From the NCBI GenBank assembly GCA_963779415.1, contig CAVZYA010000002.1:1248001-1312000 (forward strand): DNA of 64,000 bases, in the 5' to 3' direction. The notes below the pieces were generated by a model that saw only the letters and a program-made list of their open reading frames with translations, was not told where the DNA came from and did no database searches. How positions within the stretch are numbered: the stretch's first letter is position 1; every line of letters begins with the position of its first letter. Below are positions 45,258 through 55,105 of this stretch, piece by piece. This DNA is from an uncultured Acidobacteriota bacterium (lineage in GTDB: Bacteria > Acidobacteriota > Thermoanaerobaculia > UBA5066). The translations under genes were made by a program, and so were the position numbers.

Positions 45258-46673
45258 TTAGCTGGCCAGCCGAAGCGGACAGTATTCGCGCTGGACGCCG
45301 TTGGCTTCGTCCTCGAGATACGCCCTGACGTGAGCGACGAGGTCGGCGTCGACGGCGCCCTGGTCGAGGCAGGAGAAGAGTTCCTCGATGGCCGCGGACT
45401 GGCGGAACGGGCTCTCGCTTCGCTGGCCTCGCAGGACGAGAACCATCTCGAACATCTCGTCCTCGCGGCCCAGGCGGCCGAGGCATTCGGCAACGAAGAG
45501 GTCCGAGATGAAGGCTTGGGCCGCCCAGCCCAACGCGCGCTCGTCCCTTGCGATCTCTTCGTAGGACTTCAGAGCGCGTGTGAACTCTCCCCGCATCATG
45601 TCGATCTGGGCGAGGCCGACGCGAATCTGTGTCAGGTGCGCCCTAGATCCGAGTTTTCGGGCCATCCCCAGCGCGCGCGCGAAGCTCGCCTTCGCTTCAT
45701 CGAAGCGCCCGAGACGGGAGAGCGAAATTCCCCGGTTGTTGAGCGTCGCCGTCAGCGGGCGCGCGTCTTCAACTGGATCCAGTAACTCGATCGCGTGATC
45801 GAGATAGGGCAGGGCGCGCTTTTCGTCGCCGCGCTGCACGTACAGCAACCCGAGAGCCGATTCGGCCCGACCCATCAGGCTGTCCTGGCCGAATTCGGCG
45901 AAGACCTTGAGAGCTTTCTTCAGGAGCCGCTCGCCCGCGACGTAGTCCTTGGCGAAGCTGGCCGCCGAGCCTTCATAGTAGTCGGCGAGAGCGAGGGAGA
46001 AGCCCGGGTCGCCAGCAGCCCGGAACTTCTCGCGAGCATCCGTCGCGGCGACGCGCGCCTCGAGGGGATAGCCGAGCATGTTCTGCGCCTGCGATTCGAG
46101 CAGCTTCGCCTCGGCCTGGACGGTCTCGCGCGGGGCAGGAGTGGCGAGGCGGGTGTCGAGGTTTGCGTCCATCAGGGACTGCGCTTCGTCGTAGACGCGA
46201 CGCGAAAGCTCGAGGGCGCGGAGCGGGTCCTGCGGCACCAGGGCGTTCGCCTTCTGGCAGGCGTAAAGAAGCGCGAAGCCGCGGGAGGGGTTGCCGTAGA
46301 GGGCGCGGAGGGCCGCGTCGAGGGCGTCATCGCTTTCGCGGGCGGCAGCGACGATCTCCTCGGCCAGCCCGTCGGCGGCGGAGGCGCTGCGGTAGATCTC
46401 GTCGAGCTTGGGAACGCGCGGCTGGAAGGCGACGGTCTTTCCGCCGAAGTCGGGGATGGCGGGAAGGTCGTCTCCCTCGAGAATGGCGTCGAAGGCCTCT
46501 TCCTCGCGGACGGCCTCCACCAGCTCGCCCAGCTCCCGGAGCCGGACGTCGCAGAGGCGGCACCCTTCGGAGAGGTGCTTGCGGCACTCGTCCAGCCCTT
46601 CGGCCTCCCGCCCGGCGGCGAGGTTCAGAAGGTCCGCCTCGCTGGGGTGGCTCGCCGAGACTAGACGAGGCAT
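45258..46673 (-). CDS. Zinc-finger anti-sigma + TPR protein (copy 2)
   Basis: [14 protein letters not shown]; TPRs; C-terminus [33 protein letters not shown] is homologous to copy 1. Confidence 0.85.
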   Translation of the reverse strand: MPRLVSASHPSEADLLNLAAGREAEGLDECRKHLSEGCRLCDVRLRELGELVEAVREEEAFDAILEGDDLPAIPDFGGKTVAFQPRVPKLDEIYRSASAADGLAEEIVAAARESDDALDAALRALYGNPSRGFALLYACQKANALVPQDPLRALELSRRVYDEAQSLMDANLDTRLATPAPRETVQAEAKLLESQAQNMLGYPLEARVAATDAREKFRAAGDPGFSLALADYYEGSAASFAKDYVAGERLLKKALKVFAEFGQDSLMGRAESALGLLYVQRGDEKRALPYLDHAIELLDPVEDARPLTATLNNRGISLSRLGRFDEAKASFARALGMARKLGSRAHLTQIRVGLAQIDMMRGEFTRALKSYEEIARDERALGWAAQAFISDLFVAECLGRLGREDEMFEMVLVLRGQRSESPFRQSAAIEELFSCLDQGAVDADLVAHVRAYLEDEANGVQREYCPLRLAS

Positions 46674-47245
46674 TGCCGCATCCTCTTCAGGCATTCCTGA
46701 ACGCGCTTCCAGATCGTCTTCGACGAGTAGCCCGCCTTCTCGGCCGTCTCGGCCAGGGAACACTCGTCGACGCAGTAGCAGCGGATCACCTTCTGGCACT
46801 TGTCGCCGATCCGGCGGAAGGCGCCGGTGACGGCGTTGATCTTCCGGATCTTTTCGGCCTGCCGCTCGCGCTCCTCGGGATCGTAGATGGCGCTGCGGTA
46901 GATCCCGTCGGGGTCGAGTTCCGTCGTCCGGGCGCGGTTGCGCGTGCGCGCCTCGGCGACGTTCTGCGCCTGATGGAGGAACGCCGCGCGGAGGTAGGCC
47001 TTCGGGTCGCGGACGCGCGGGCTCTGCGCGATGACCTTGAGGAAGACGCTCTGGGCGGCGTCCTCGCATTCCTCGCGCGTCAGGCCGAAGCGGACGATGC
47101 CGGCGGCGATGAGACGCGGCCGATAGTGGGAGTTCAGCTCCTCCCAGTTCCACTGGGCGGGGACAGAGGTTCTCAGAGGACCGGTGAGGCCATAGCCTCC
47201 GGATCCCTGCACCTCGGGACGGGTCTCTTCGAACTTGCGAGACAT
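46661..47245 (-). CDS. ECF-type RNA polymerase sigma factor (copy 2)
   Basis: [58 protein letters not shown]; alternative start up to 47293. Confidence 0.85.
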   Translation of the reverse strand: MSRKFEETRPEVQGSGGYGLTGPLRTSVPAQWNWEELNSHYRPRLIAAGIVRFGLTREECEDAAQSVFLKVIAQSPRVRDPKAYLRAAFLHQAQNVAEARTRNRARTTELDPDGIYRSAIYDPEERERQAEKIRKINAVTGAFRRIGDKCQKVIRCYCVDECSLAETAEKAGYSSKTIWKRVQECLKRMRQCLV

Positions 47246-47371
47246 CCCTATATCTGGACCTGCCGTGTGAAGCATATCTCCCTGTTTTTTCAAGAGTCAA
47301 TAGGGAAAAGAAGGGGTACCCCCGGCCCGCCGGATGGGGGAGGATTCGCCCTCGAGAGGGAGCACGACGTC

Positions 47372-50179
47372 ATGAGCAGCAAGCAGAAGTTCGTCTACTC
47401 CTTCGGCGGGGGGACCGCCGAGGGAAGGGGGGAGCAGAAGGCCCTCCTCGGCGGAAAAGGGGCGAATCTGGCGGAAATGGCCCGGCTGGGCCTCCCCGTC
47501 CCGCCCGGCTTCACGATCACGACCGAGGTCTGTACCTGGTTCTACGACCACGGGAAGGCCTACCCGAAGGGGCTGGACCGCGAGGTGGCGGGCCACCTTG
47601 CCCGGGTCGAGAGTCAGCTCGGCCGGAAGTTCGGCGACGCCGAGCATCCGCTCCTCGTCTCGGTCCGGTCCGGGGCGCGCGCCTCGATGCCGGGGATGAT
47701 GGACACGATCCTGAACCTCGGCCTGAACGACCGGACGGTGGAGGGGCTGGCGAAGGGGTCGAAGGACGCTCGCTTCGCCTGGGACTGCTACCGCCGGTTC
47801 GTCTCGATGTACGGCGACGTCGTCATGGGGCTGAAGCCCGTCGACAAGAGGGAGCGCGATCCCTTCGAGGTGATCCTCGAGAAGAAGAAGCACGCCCGCG
47901 GCGTGAAGCTGGACGTAGACCTGCCGGCCGACGCCCTGAAGGAGCTGGTCCGCGAGTTCAAGGCGGAGATCCGGAAGCGGACGGGGCAGCCGTTCCCCGA
48001 CGACCCGATGGAGCAGCTCTGGGGCGCCATCGGTGCCGTCTTCGGCTCGTGGATGAACGAGCGGGCCATCGTCTACCGGCAGCTCAACGGCATCCCGTCC
48101 GATTGGGGAACGGCCGTCAGCGTCCAGTCGATGGTCTTCGGAAACCTCGGCGACGACTGCGGCACGGGCGTCGCGTTCACACGCGACCCGGCCACCGGCG
48201 AGGACGTCTTCTATGGCGAGTACCTGATCAACGCACAGGGGGAGGACGTCGTGGCGGGGGTCCGGACCCCGCAGAGGATCGCGACGCTGAAGGAGCGGAT
48301 GCCGGCCATCTACCGTCAGCTCCTCGAGATCCGTAAGACCCTCGAGAGCCACTATCGCGACATGCAGGACATCGAGTTCACGGTCGAGCGCGGGAAGCTC
48401 TTCATGCTCCAGACGCGGACCGGGAAGCGGACCGGCTTCGCCGAGGTCCGGATCGCCGTCGAGATGGCCGACCGGAAGCTGATAACCCCCGAGGAGGCCG
48501 TCCTCCGCGTGAACCCCGACTCCCTGAACCAGCTTCTCCGGCCGATCTTCGACCCGGCGAAGAAGCGCGAGGCGATCGAGGGAGGGAAGTTCCTCGCCCG
48601 CGGCCTGAATGCCGGGCCGGGCGCGGCCTCGGGGCGGATCGTCTTCACGGCCCTCGACGCCTTCGAGTGGGCCGCCCGCGGCGAGAAGGTGCTCCTGGTC
48701 CGCGAGGAGACGAGCCCCGAGGACATCAAGGGGATGAACGCCGCGGAAGGGATCCTGACCGCCCGCGGCGGGATGACGTCGCACGCCGCGCTCGTCGGCC
48801 GGCAGATGGGGAAGGTCTGCGTCGTCGGCTGCGAGGCGATCCACGTCGACGCGCGCGCCCGGACGATGACGGTGAAGGAGAAGACGTTCAAGGAAGGAGA
48901 CTGGCTCTCCCTCGACGGGACGACGGGCGAGGTGCTGGAAGGAAAGCTCGCCACGATGCCTTCGGAGGTGCTTCAGGTCGTCCTCGAGAAGTCGCTCGAC
49001 CCGAAGAAGAGCCACGTCTACCGCCTCTACGCGAAGCTGATGGGGTGGGCCGACGCCGCGCGCCGGATGAAGGTCCGCGCGAACGCCGACCAGCCCGACC
49101 AGGCCAGAAACGCCGTCGCCTTCGGGGGAGAGGGGATCGGCCTCTGCCGGACGGAGCACATGTTCTTCGGCGAAGGGCGGATCGTCGCCATGCGCGAGAT
49201 GATCCTCGCCGACTCGGTCGCCGAGCGGGAGAAGGCGCTCGCGAAGATCCTTCCGATGCAGCGCGAGGACTTCATCGGCATCTTCCGGGCGATGGGGCCA
49301 AGGCCGGTGACGATCCGGACGCTCGACCCGCCACTCCACGAGTTCCTTCCGCACACGCCCGCCGAGCAGGAAGAGGTCGCCAGGCAGGCCGGCGTCCCGG
49401 TGGAGAAGGTGGCCCGGAAGGTGGCCGACCTGCACGAGATGAACCCGATGCTGGGGCATCGTGGCTGCCGGCTCGGGATCACCTTCCCGGAGATCACGAG
49501 GATGCAGGCGCGCGCCATTCTCGAGGCGGCCTGCCGCGTCCGGAAGGAGAAGATCGCCGCGACGCCGGAGATCATGATCCCGCTCGTCAGTCACGTCCGC
49601 GAGCTGGAGGACCAGGCGCAGATCGTCCGGGACGTGGCGGAGGAGGTCTTCAAGGCGGAGGGGATCAGGGTCCCCTACCTCGTCGGGACGATGATCGAGC
49701 TGCCGCGCGCGGCCGTGACGGCCGACGAGATCGCGACGGCGGCCGAGTTCTTCAGCTTCGGGACGAACGACCTGACGCAGACGACGTTCGGCCTTTCGCG
49801 CGACGACGCGGGGAAGTTCCTCCCCGAGTACGTCAAGCGGGAGATCCTCCCCTTTGACCCGTTCGAGAAGCTGGACCAGGGGGGCGTCGGGAAGCTGATG
49901 GCGTGGGGCGTCACCTGGGGACGCGTCACGCGGCCGAACCTGAAGGTGGGGATCTGCGGCGAGCACGGCGGCGAGCCTTCGAGCGTGGAGTTCTGCCACC
50001 GGACGAAGCTCGACTACGTCTCCTGCTCGCCGTTCCGGATCCCGATCGCCCGCCTCGCGGCGGCGCAGGGAGCGCTGAAGGAGAAGGCGGCGGAGAAAGC
50101 CGCGAAGAAACCCGCGAAGAAGAACGCGAAGAAGGCGGCGAAGAAGGCCGCCAAGGGGAAGGCCGGACGCAAGCGATAG
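47372..50179 (+). CDS. ppdK: Pyruvate, phosphate dikinase
   Basis: [47 protein letters not shown]. Confidence 0.97.
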   Translation: MSSKQKFVYSFGGGTAEGRGEQKALLGGKGANLAEMARLGLPVPPGFTITTEVCTWFYDHGKAYPKGLDREVAGHLARVESQLGRKFGDAEHPLLVSVRSGARASMPGMMDTILNLGLNDRTVEGLAKGSKDARFAWDCYRRFVSMYGDVVMGLKPVDKRERDPFEVILEKKKHARGVKLDVDLPADALKELVREFKAEIRKRTGQPFPDDPMEQLWGAIGAVFGSWMNERAIVYRQLNGIPSDWGTAVSVQSMVFGNLGDDCGTGVAFTRDPATGEDVFYGEYLINAQGEDVVAGVRTPQRIATLKERMPAIYRQLLEIRKTLESHYRDMQDIEFTVERGKLFMLQTRTGKRTGFAEVRIAVEMADRKLITPEEAVLRVNPDSLNQLLRPIFDPAKKREAIEGGKFLARGLNAGPGAASGRIVFTALDAFEWAARGEKVLLVREETSPEDIKGMNAAEGILTARGGMTSHAALVGRQMGKVCVVGCEAIHVDARARTMTVKEKTFKEGDWLSLDGTTGEVLEGKLATMPSEVLQVVLEKSLDPKKSHVYRLYAKLMGWADAARRMKVRANADQPDQARNAVAFGGEGIGLCRTEHMFFGEGRIVAMREMILADSVAEREKALAKILPMQREDFIGIFRAMGPRPVTIRTLDPPLHEFLPHTPAEQEEVARQAGVPVEKVARKVADLHEMNPMLGHRGCRLGITFPEITRMQARAILEAACRVRKEKIAATPEIMIPLVSHVRELEDQAQIVRDVAEEVFKAEGIRVPYLVGTMIELPRAAVTADEIATAAEFFSFGTNDLTQTTFGLSRDDAGKFLPEYVKREILPFDPFEKLDQGGVGKLMAWGVTWGRVTRPNLKVGICGEHGGEPSSVEFCHRTKLDYVSCSPFRIPIARLAAAQGALKEKAAEKAAKKPAKKNAKKAAKKAAKGKAGRKR

Positions 50180-50274
50180 GGCACCTTCCCGCCGGGGCGG
50201 CCGCGCGTGTCGCGGCCGCTCTCTTCCTTCTCACCTCGGGGGCGGCGAGCGGAGAGGATCCCGCCGCTCTCGTG

Positions 50275-51456
50275 ATGGAAGTCAGCCTCGCCGGGACGCC
50301 GCTCGGGCTCGTCTCGATCGCCCGCGCCGACCTCGTGGAGCGGGCCCCCTTCGTCTACGTCTCGGGCGACCGGCGCCGGCTCGACGTCGAGCGGCTGCCG
50401 GACCCCCATCGCGAAAGGCTCCGTCTCGCCTTCGGGGGGCGGGAGCTTCGGGCCGTCTTCCTCTCCGAGTACGCCGTGACGGGGTACGGCGTCCCCGTCC
50501 TCCTCTTCTCGGACGAGCGGAGCTTCGCCTTGACCGATCCGGGGCCGGGAGGAAAGGACCTCAAGAGGTCGCGCGCCGCGGCGGCCGCCGCCGCATGGCA
50601 GTGGGCCGAGAGCGAGGTCCCCGGCGTCCTCCCGCTCGCGGCCGAGGCACGAGACCTCCTCGCGGCGCTCCGCGCCCGGACGCTCGAGGGGCTCACCCTC
50701 CCGGGGAACTACGCTCTTCGCCCGTCGCCACTCGACCTGATCGGCTTCCTCATCGGACCGCCGCGGCTCCTCGACTTCCGCACCCTGTCGGCAGACCTCC
50801 TTCCCTTCGCGCCGGCGGCCGAGATCCTCGCGGCGCGTCCGGAGATCCGCGAAGGGGCTCTCCGGGCGCCGCCGCCGGAGAGCTGGCACGGGACGGTCTC
50901 CGGCGGGAAGGGAGAGGACCTCGGCGACGTGAGCGTCGAGCGGGAGGAATCGCGAAGCGAGAGCCGCGTCGTGGCGGCTTGGGGAAAGGGCTCGCTTTCG
51001 CAGGTGCTCCGGATGAGCCTCGACGACGACGGAGTCGTCCGGCTGACGCTTGAGCGGACGGCGAAGGGGAAGACGGCCGTCCTCGCGGCCGTGGAGACGG
51101 TGCCGGCCGGAAGCGGAAGCCTCTGGTGCGCTCCGTGGCTCGTCGAGGACGCGGAAGAGCACCGGGTTCCGACGCTCGTTCCTCCCGAGCCCGCAGCCGA
51201 GACGCAGCGGGCGAGGGTCCGTTTCCTCGATGCCCTGTCGGCAGCCCTCCGCCACGACGGTCTGCCGGGGATCGAGGCCGATCGTCTCGTCTGGCGCTGG
51301 CACCGGCTTCTCGACTCAGAGCCTCTTCGCGCGCTGGTCCCCGAGCTTTCGGGCCTCGCGGATCTTCTCGCCTACGTCCCCGCCCCGTACTTCGGAAAGG
51401 GCGACGAGAGCGCGTGGCTCGGCGCCGTCGCGGTGGAAGCGTCACCCCGTCAGTAA
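50275..51456 (+). CDS. Hypothetical protein, start uncertain
   Basis: Long open frame with coding-like composition; an in-frame signal-peptide-like stretch upstream lacks a standard start codon. Confidence 0.55.
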   Translation: MEVSLAGTPLGLVSIARADLVERAPFVYVSGDRRRLDVERLPDPHRERLRLAFGGRELRAVFLSEYAVTGYGVPVLLFSDERSFALTDPGPGGKDLKRSRAAAAAAAWQWAESEVPGVLPLAAEARDLLAALRARTLEGLTLPGNYALRPSPLDLIGFLIGPPRLLDFRTLSADLLPFAPAAEILAARPEIREGALRAPPPESWHGTVSGGKGEDLGDVSVEREESRSESRVVAAWGKGSLSQVLRMSLDDDGVVRLTLERTAKGKTAVLAAVETVPAGSGSLWCAPWLVEDAEEHRVPTLVPPEPAAETQRARVRFLDALSAALRHDGLPGIEADRLVWRWHRLLDSEPLRALVPELSGLADLLAYVPAPYFGKGDESAWLGAVAVEASPRQ

Positions 51457-51540
51457 GAGCACGGCCGCGGCGCTGAGGGCGAGGAGAAGAGCGAAGACGA
51501 TTCTGGAGGTGGGCGGCCGGACCATCTGTGTCTTCTCCAT
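51442..51540 (-). CDS. 32-aa single-TM small protein
   Basis: GAGGA RBS; MEKTQMVRPPTSRIVFALLLALSAAAVLLLTG*. Confidence 0.4.
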   Translation of the reverse strand: MEKTQMVRPPTSRIVFALLLALSAAAVLLLTG

Positions 51541-51635
51541 CGTGAGCGTCCTCGTTACGGCCCATTGCCAGATCCGTGCCGCGGCCCACGCCCCCGAAAT
51601 GGGACGCCGGTCCCGGTCTGGCTTATCGTCCGCAC

Positions 51636-53117
51636 ATGCCGGTACACGGAAAGCAGAAGTCCGACCTCCTGGAGATCGCCCGTCAGGCGATGCTGGACCG
51701 GGGTCTCGACCCCGATTTCCCGAAAGAAGCGATCCGGCAGCTCGATGGAATCGAGGTCCCGGCGCGCGAGGAAGGGGACGGGATCCGCGACCTCCGCTCG
51801 CTCCTCTGGTGCTCCATCGACAACGACGACTCGCGCGACCTCGACCAGCTCACCTTCGCCGAGCCGCTCGGGTCGGGTGCGACGCGCGTCCTCGTGGCGG
51901 TGGCCGACGTCGACGCCGTCGTGAAGAAGGGGACCCCCCTCGACCTCCGGGCCCGGCAGAACACGACGTCCGTCTACACGGGAGCCGCCGTCTTCCCGAT
52001 GCTCCCCGAAAAGCTGTCGTACGACCTCACCTCGCTGAACGAAGGAGAGGAGCGGCTCGCCGTCGTGTCGGAATACGTCGTCGGTGCCGACGGCTCCGTC
52101 GGGACCTCCGCGATCTCGCGCGCGCGTGTCGTGAACAAGGCGAAGCTGGCCTACAACGCCGTCGCGGCGTGGCTCACGGGAGAAGGCCCCGCCCCGGAGC
52201 CGCTCGCGAAGGTCCCGGGGCTCCCCGAGAACCTTCGGGAGCAGGACGCCGCGGCGCAGCGGCTCAAGGAGAGGCGGCACGAGGAAGGGGCTCTCGACTT
52301 CGAGACGCTCGAGCCGCGCGCCGTCTTCTCGAATGACGAGATCTCGGACCTGAAGCTCGACGCGAAGAACCGGGCGCGGGACCTGATCGAGGACTTCATG
52401 ATCGGAGCCAACGGCGTCACGGCGCGCTTCCTCAGGTCGAAGAACGTCGCCTCCCTTCGCCGTGTCGTCCGCTCTCCGGAAAAGTGGCCGCGGATCGTGG
52501 AGCTGGCGGCGGATTTCGGGGACGCGCTCCCCCCGGAGCCCGACTCGAAGGCGCTCGCGGACTTTCTCGCACGAAGACGGAAGGCCGATCCGCTCCGGTT
52601 CCCCGACCTCTCTCTCGTCGTCGTCAAGCTGATGGGAAGGGGGGAGTACGTCGTCGAGTATCCCGGCGCCTCGCCGGTCGGGCATTTCGGCCTCGCCGTC
52701 CTCGACTACACGCATTCGACGGCGCCAAACCGCCGTTACCCGGATCTCATCACGCAGCGGCTCCTGAAGGGCGCTTTGGCGTCGCGTCCCTCGCCCTACG
52801 CGTGGGCCGAGCTGGAGGAGCTGGCCCTCCATTGCACCGAGGAGGAGAACAACGCCGACAAGGTGGAGCGGCAGGTGAGGAAGTCGGCCGCGGCGATGCT
52901 CCTCCAGCATCGGATCGGCGAGTGGTTCGAGGGGGTCGTGACCGGCGCGTCGTCGAAGGGGACGTGGGCGCGGATCTTTCATCCGCCGGTCGAGGGAAAG
53001 GTCGTCGAAGGGTTCGGCGGCCTTCGCGTCGGAGACAAGGTCCGGGTGAAGCTCGTCTCGACCGACGTCGAGCACGGCTTCATCGACTTCGTCCGGAAGA
53101 ACCGCGGACCCTCCTGA
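51636..53117 (+). CDS. RNB-domain exoribonuclease (RNase II/R family, short form)
   Basis: SIDNDDSRDLDQ, TSVY, LIEDFMI, HFGL..YTHSTAPNRRYPDL, C-terminal S1-like domain. Confidence 0.92.
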   Translation: MPVHGKQKSDLLEIARQAMLDRGLDPDFPKEAIRQLDGIEVPAREEGDGIRDLRSLLWCSIDNDDSRDLDQLTFAEPLGSGATRVLVAVADVDAVVKKGTPLDLRARQNTTSVYTGAAVFPMLPEKLSYDLTSLNEGEERLAVVSEYVVGADGSVGTSAISRARVVNKAKLAYNAVAAWLTGEGPAPEPLAKVPGLPENLREQDAAAQRLKERRHEEGALDFETLEPRAVFSNDEISDLKLDAKNRARDLIEDFMIGANGVTARFLRSKNVASLRRVVRSPEKWPRIVELAADFGDALPPEPDSKALADFLARRRKADPLRFPDLSLVVVKLMGRGEYVVEYPGASPVGHFGLAVLDYTHSTAPNRRYPDLITQRLLKGALASRPSPYAWAELEELALHCTEEENNADKVERQVRKSAAAMLLQHRIGEWFEGVVTGASSKGTWARIFHPPVEGKVVEGFGGLRVGDKVRVKLVSTDVEHGFIDFVRKNRGPS

Positions 53118-53123
53118 CGCCGT

Positions 53124-54005
53124 TCAGGCGCCGAAGAAACCCGCCAGAAGCTCGCTCACCCGCTCCGGCGCGTCGGCCTGCACCCAGTGGCTCGCGTCGT
53201 GGAGCCGCTCGATCCGGAGGTCCGGGACCCAGCGCTCGAGCCCGGTGGTCAGCCCCGGCCCGAGGTAGCGGTCTTTCTCGCCCCAGACGAGAAGCGTCGG
53301 AACGTCGATCGTCCGCCTCTCCTTCGGCAATCGGGGCGGGTGCCAAAGCGCGGCCCGGTACCAGTTGAGCGCGGCCGAAAGCGCGCCGGGCCTCGCGAGC
53401 GACTCCTTGTACCGGGAGACCTCCTCGTCCGGGAACGCGCCTTTCCGGACGGGGTCTCGGCGGAGCATCTTCGCGAGGAGCGCGAAATCGTTCTCGCGGA
53501 TCTTCCGCTCCGGGAGCCACGGAAGCTGGAAGAAGAGGATGTAGCGCGATTTCCGGCGCTGCTCTTTCGACCTCTTCAGCTCGCGCCGGAAAGCGGCCGG
53601 GTGCGGGGCGTTCAGGATCGCGAGCTTCCGGACGAGGCCGGGGTGGAGGAGCGGCAGATACCAGGCGAGAGCGCCCCCCCAGTCGTGGCCGGCGACGAAG
53701 GCGCTTTCCTCCCCGAGCGCCCGGACGAGCCCGGCCACGTCGTCCGCCAGGTTGGAGATGGAATACGCCGCCACGCCCGGCGGCTTTTCCGAGAGGTTGT
53801 ACCCGCGAAGGTCGGGCGCGACGGCGCGGAAGCCGGCCGCGGCCAGCGCCGGGATCTGGTTCCGCCACGAGTACCAGAACTCGGGGAATCCGTGGAGGAG
53901 AAGGACGAGCGGCCCTTTCCCCTTCTCGACGACGTGGAGACGGACGCCGTTCGTCCCGATCTCGCGGTGGAGGAGTCCGTCCTCCGGGCAGGGGCAGCTT
54001 CTCAT
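53124..54005 (-). CDS. Alpha/beta hydrolase, epoxide hydrolase-like
   Basis: HGFPEFWYSW, DLRGYN, GHDWGG, SHWVQ. Confidence 0.92.
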   Translation of the reverse strand: MRSCPCPEDGLLHREIGTNGVRLHVVEKGKGPLVLLLHGFPEFWYSWRNQIPALAAAGFRAVAPDLRGYNLSEKPPGVAAYSISNLADDVAGLVRALGEESAFVAGHDWGGALAWYLPLLHPGLVRKLAILNAPHPAAFRRELKRSKEQRRKSRYILFFQLPWLPERKIRENDFALLAKMLRRDPVRKGAFPDEEVSRYKESLARPGALSAALNWYRAALWHPPRLPKERRTIDVPTLLVWGEKDRYLGPGLTTGLERWVPDLRIERLHDASHWVQADAPERVSELLAGFFGA

Positions 54006-54018
54006 TCGACAAAGCCTC

Positions 54019-55041
54019 TCAGACGATCCGCGTCGCGGCGCGCTCGAGGCGGTCCATCACGGCGCGGCCGAGGCCGCGGCGCGGGACCGCCGGGACGAGC
54101 AGCTCGGTCCCCTTCCGCCGCGTCCGGAGCGCGGCGAAGAGGTTGCGGGCGATCTCCTCCATCGTGTCGCCGAGCGGCACGACCCGCCACGCGGCGAAGA
54201 ACGGCGCGAGCCAGGCGGGGCAGAGGACCAGCGCTTCGGGGTGGGCCTGCGCGTAGGCGAATAGAGAGGATTTTCTTAGAAAGAGAATCAGAGGACGGCT
54301 CGGTGCGTAGTGGAGATACTTGGTGCCGGGACTTTCGGCAGGCTCCGCCACCGCGCGGCGCTTGGGCCGCGCGATCCGCTCGCCGCGCTGCTCCCCGCCC
54401 TCCAACGCCCTATTCCCCTTTCTAAGAAAATCTCTTAGTTCTTCCTCGGTAATGGCCCCCTGCCGGAGGATCCGCGGCGGATCGAAGGCGACGACGGTCG
54501 ACTCGAGGCCGTGGGCCGTCGGCCCGCCGTCGAGAATCCAGAGATCGGGGAAGTCCTCCGCGACGTGCGCCGCCGTCGTCGGGCTGGGGCGTCCCGAGAG
54601 ATTCGCGCTCGGGGCGGCGACCGGGACCCCCGCGAGGCGGACGAGGTCGCGGGCGAGTCCCTGGGGCATCCGGACGGCGACGGTGTCGAGGCCGGCGGTG
54701 ACGAGAGAGGGAACACGGGACGTCTTCGGAAGAACGAGCGTGAGCGGCCCCGGCCAGAAGGCCCGGATGAGAAGTTCCGCCGGCGCCGGAATCCGCCGGA
54801 CTACTTTTCTCAGCATCCTCCGGTCGCTCACGTGGACGATGATCGGGTTGTCGGCGGGGCGCCCCTTCGCCTCGAAGATCCTCGCGACCGCGTTCGTGTC
54901 CAGCGCGTTCGCCCCGAGGCCGTAGACCGTCTCGGTCGGAAACGCGACGAGGGCGCCCCGGGCGATCCGCCTCGCCGCCGCGCGGAGGGCGGCGGGCGTG
55001 ACGCGGCGGACGTTCCGGCGGGCAGGGCGTTTCCGCTTCAC
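54019..55041 (-). CDS. sua5: L-threonylcarbamoyladenylate synthase (Sua5/TsaC)
   Basis: PTETVYGL, KGRPADNP, PSANLSG, ESTV, SPG.KYLHYAP, DRL. Confidence 0.93.
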   Translation of the reverse strand: MKRKRPARRNVRRVTPAALRAAARRIARGALVAFPTETVYGLGANALDTNAVARIFEAKGRPADNPIIVHVSDRRMLRKVVRRIPAPAELLIRAFWPGPLTLVLPKTSRVPSLVTAGLDTVAVRMPQGLARDLVRLAGVPVAAPSANLSGRPSPTTAAHVAEDFPDLWILDGGPTAHGLESTVVAFDPPRILRQGAITEEELRDFLRKGNRALEGGEQRGERIARPKRRAVAEPAESPGTKYLHYAPSRPLILFLRKSSLFAYAQAHPEALVLCPAWLAPFFAAWRVVPLGDTMEEIARNLFAALRTRRKGTELLVPAVPRRGLGRAVMDRLERAATRIV

Positions 55042-55105
55042 GCGGCGATCGTAGAACGCTTCTCCCCGGGGAGTGCGGCAGAATCCCTCCGCCGGGAGGT
55101 GCCTC

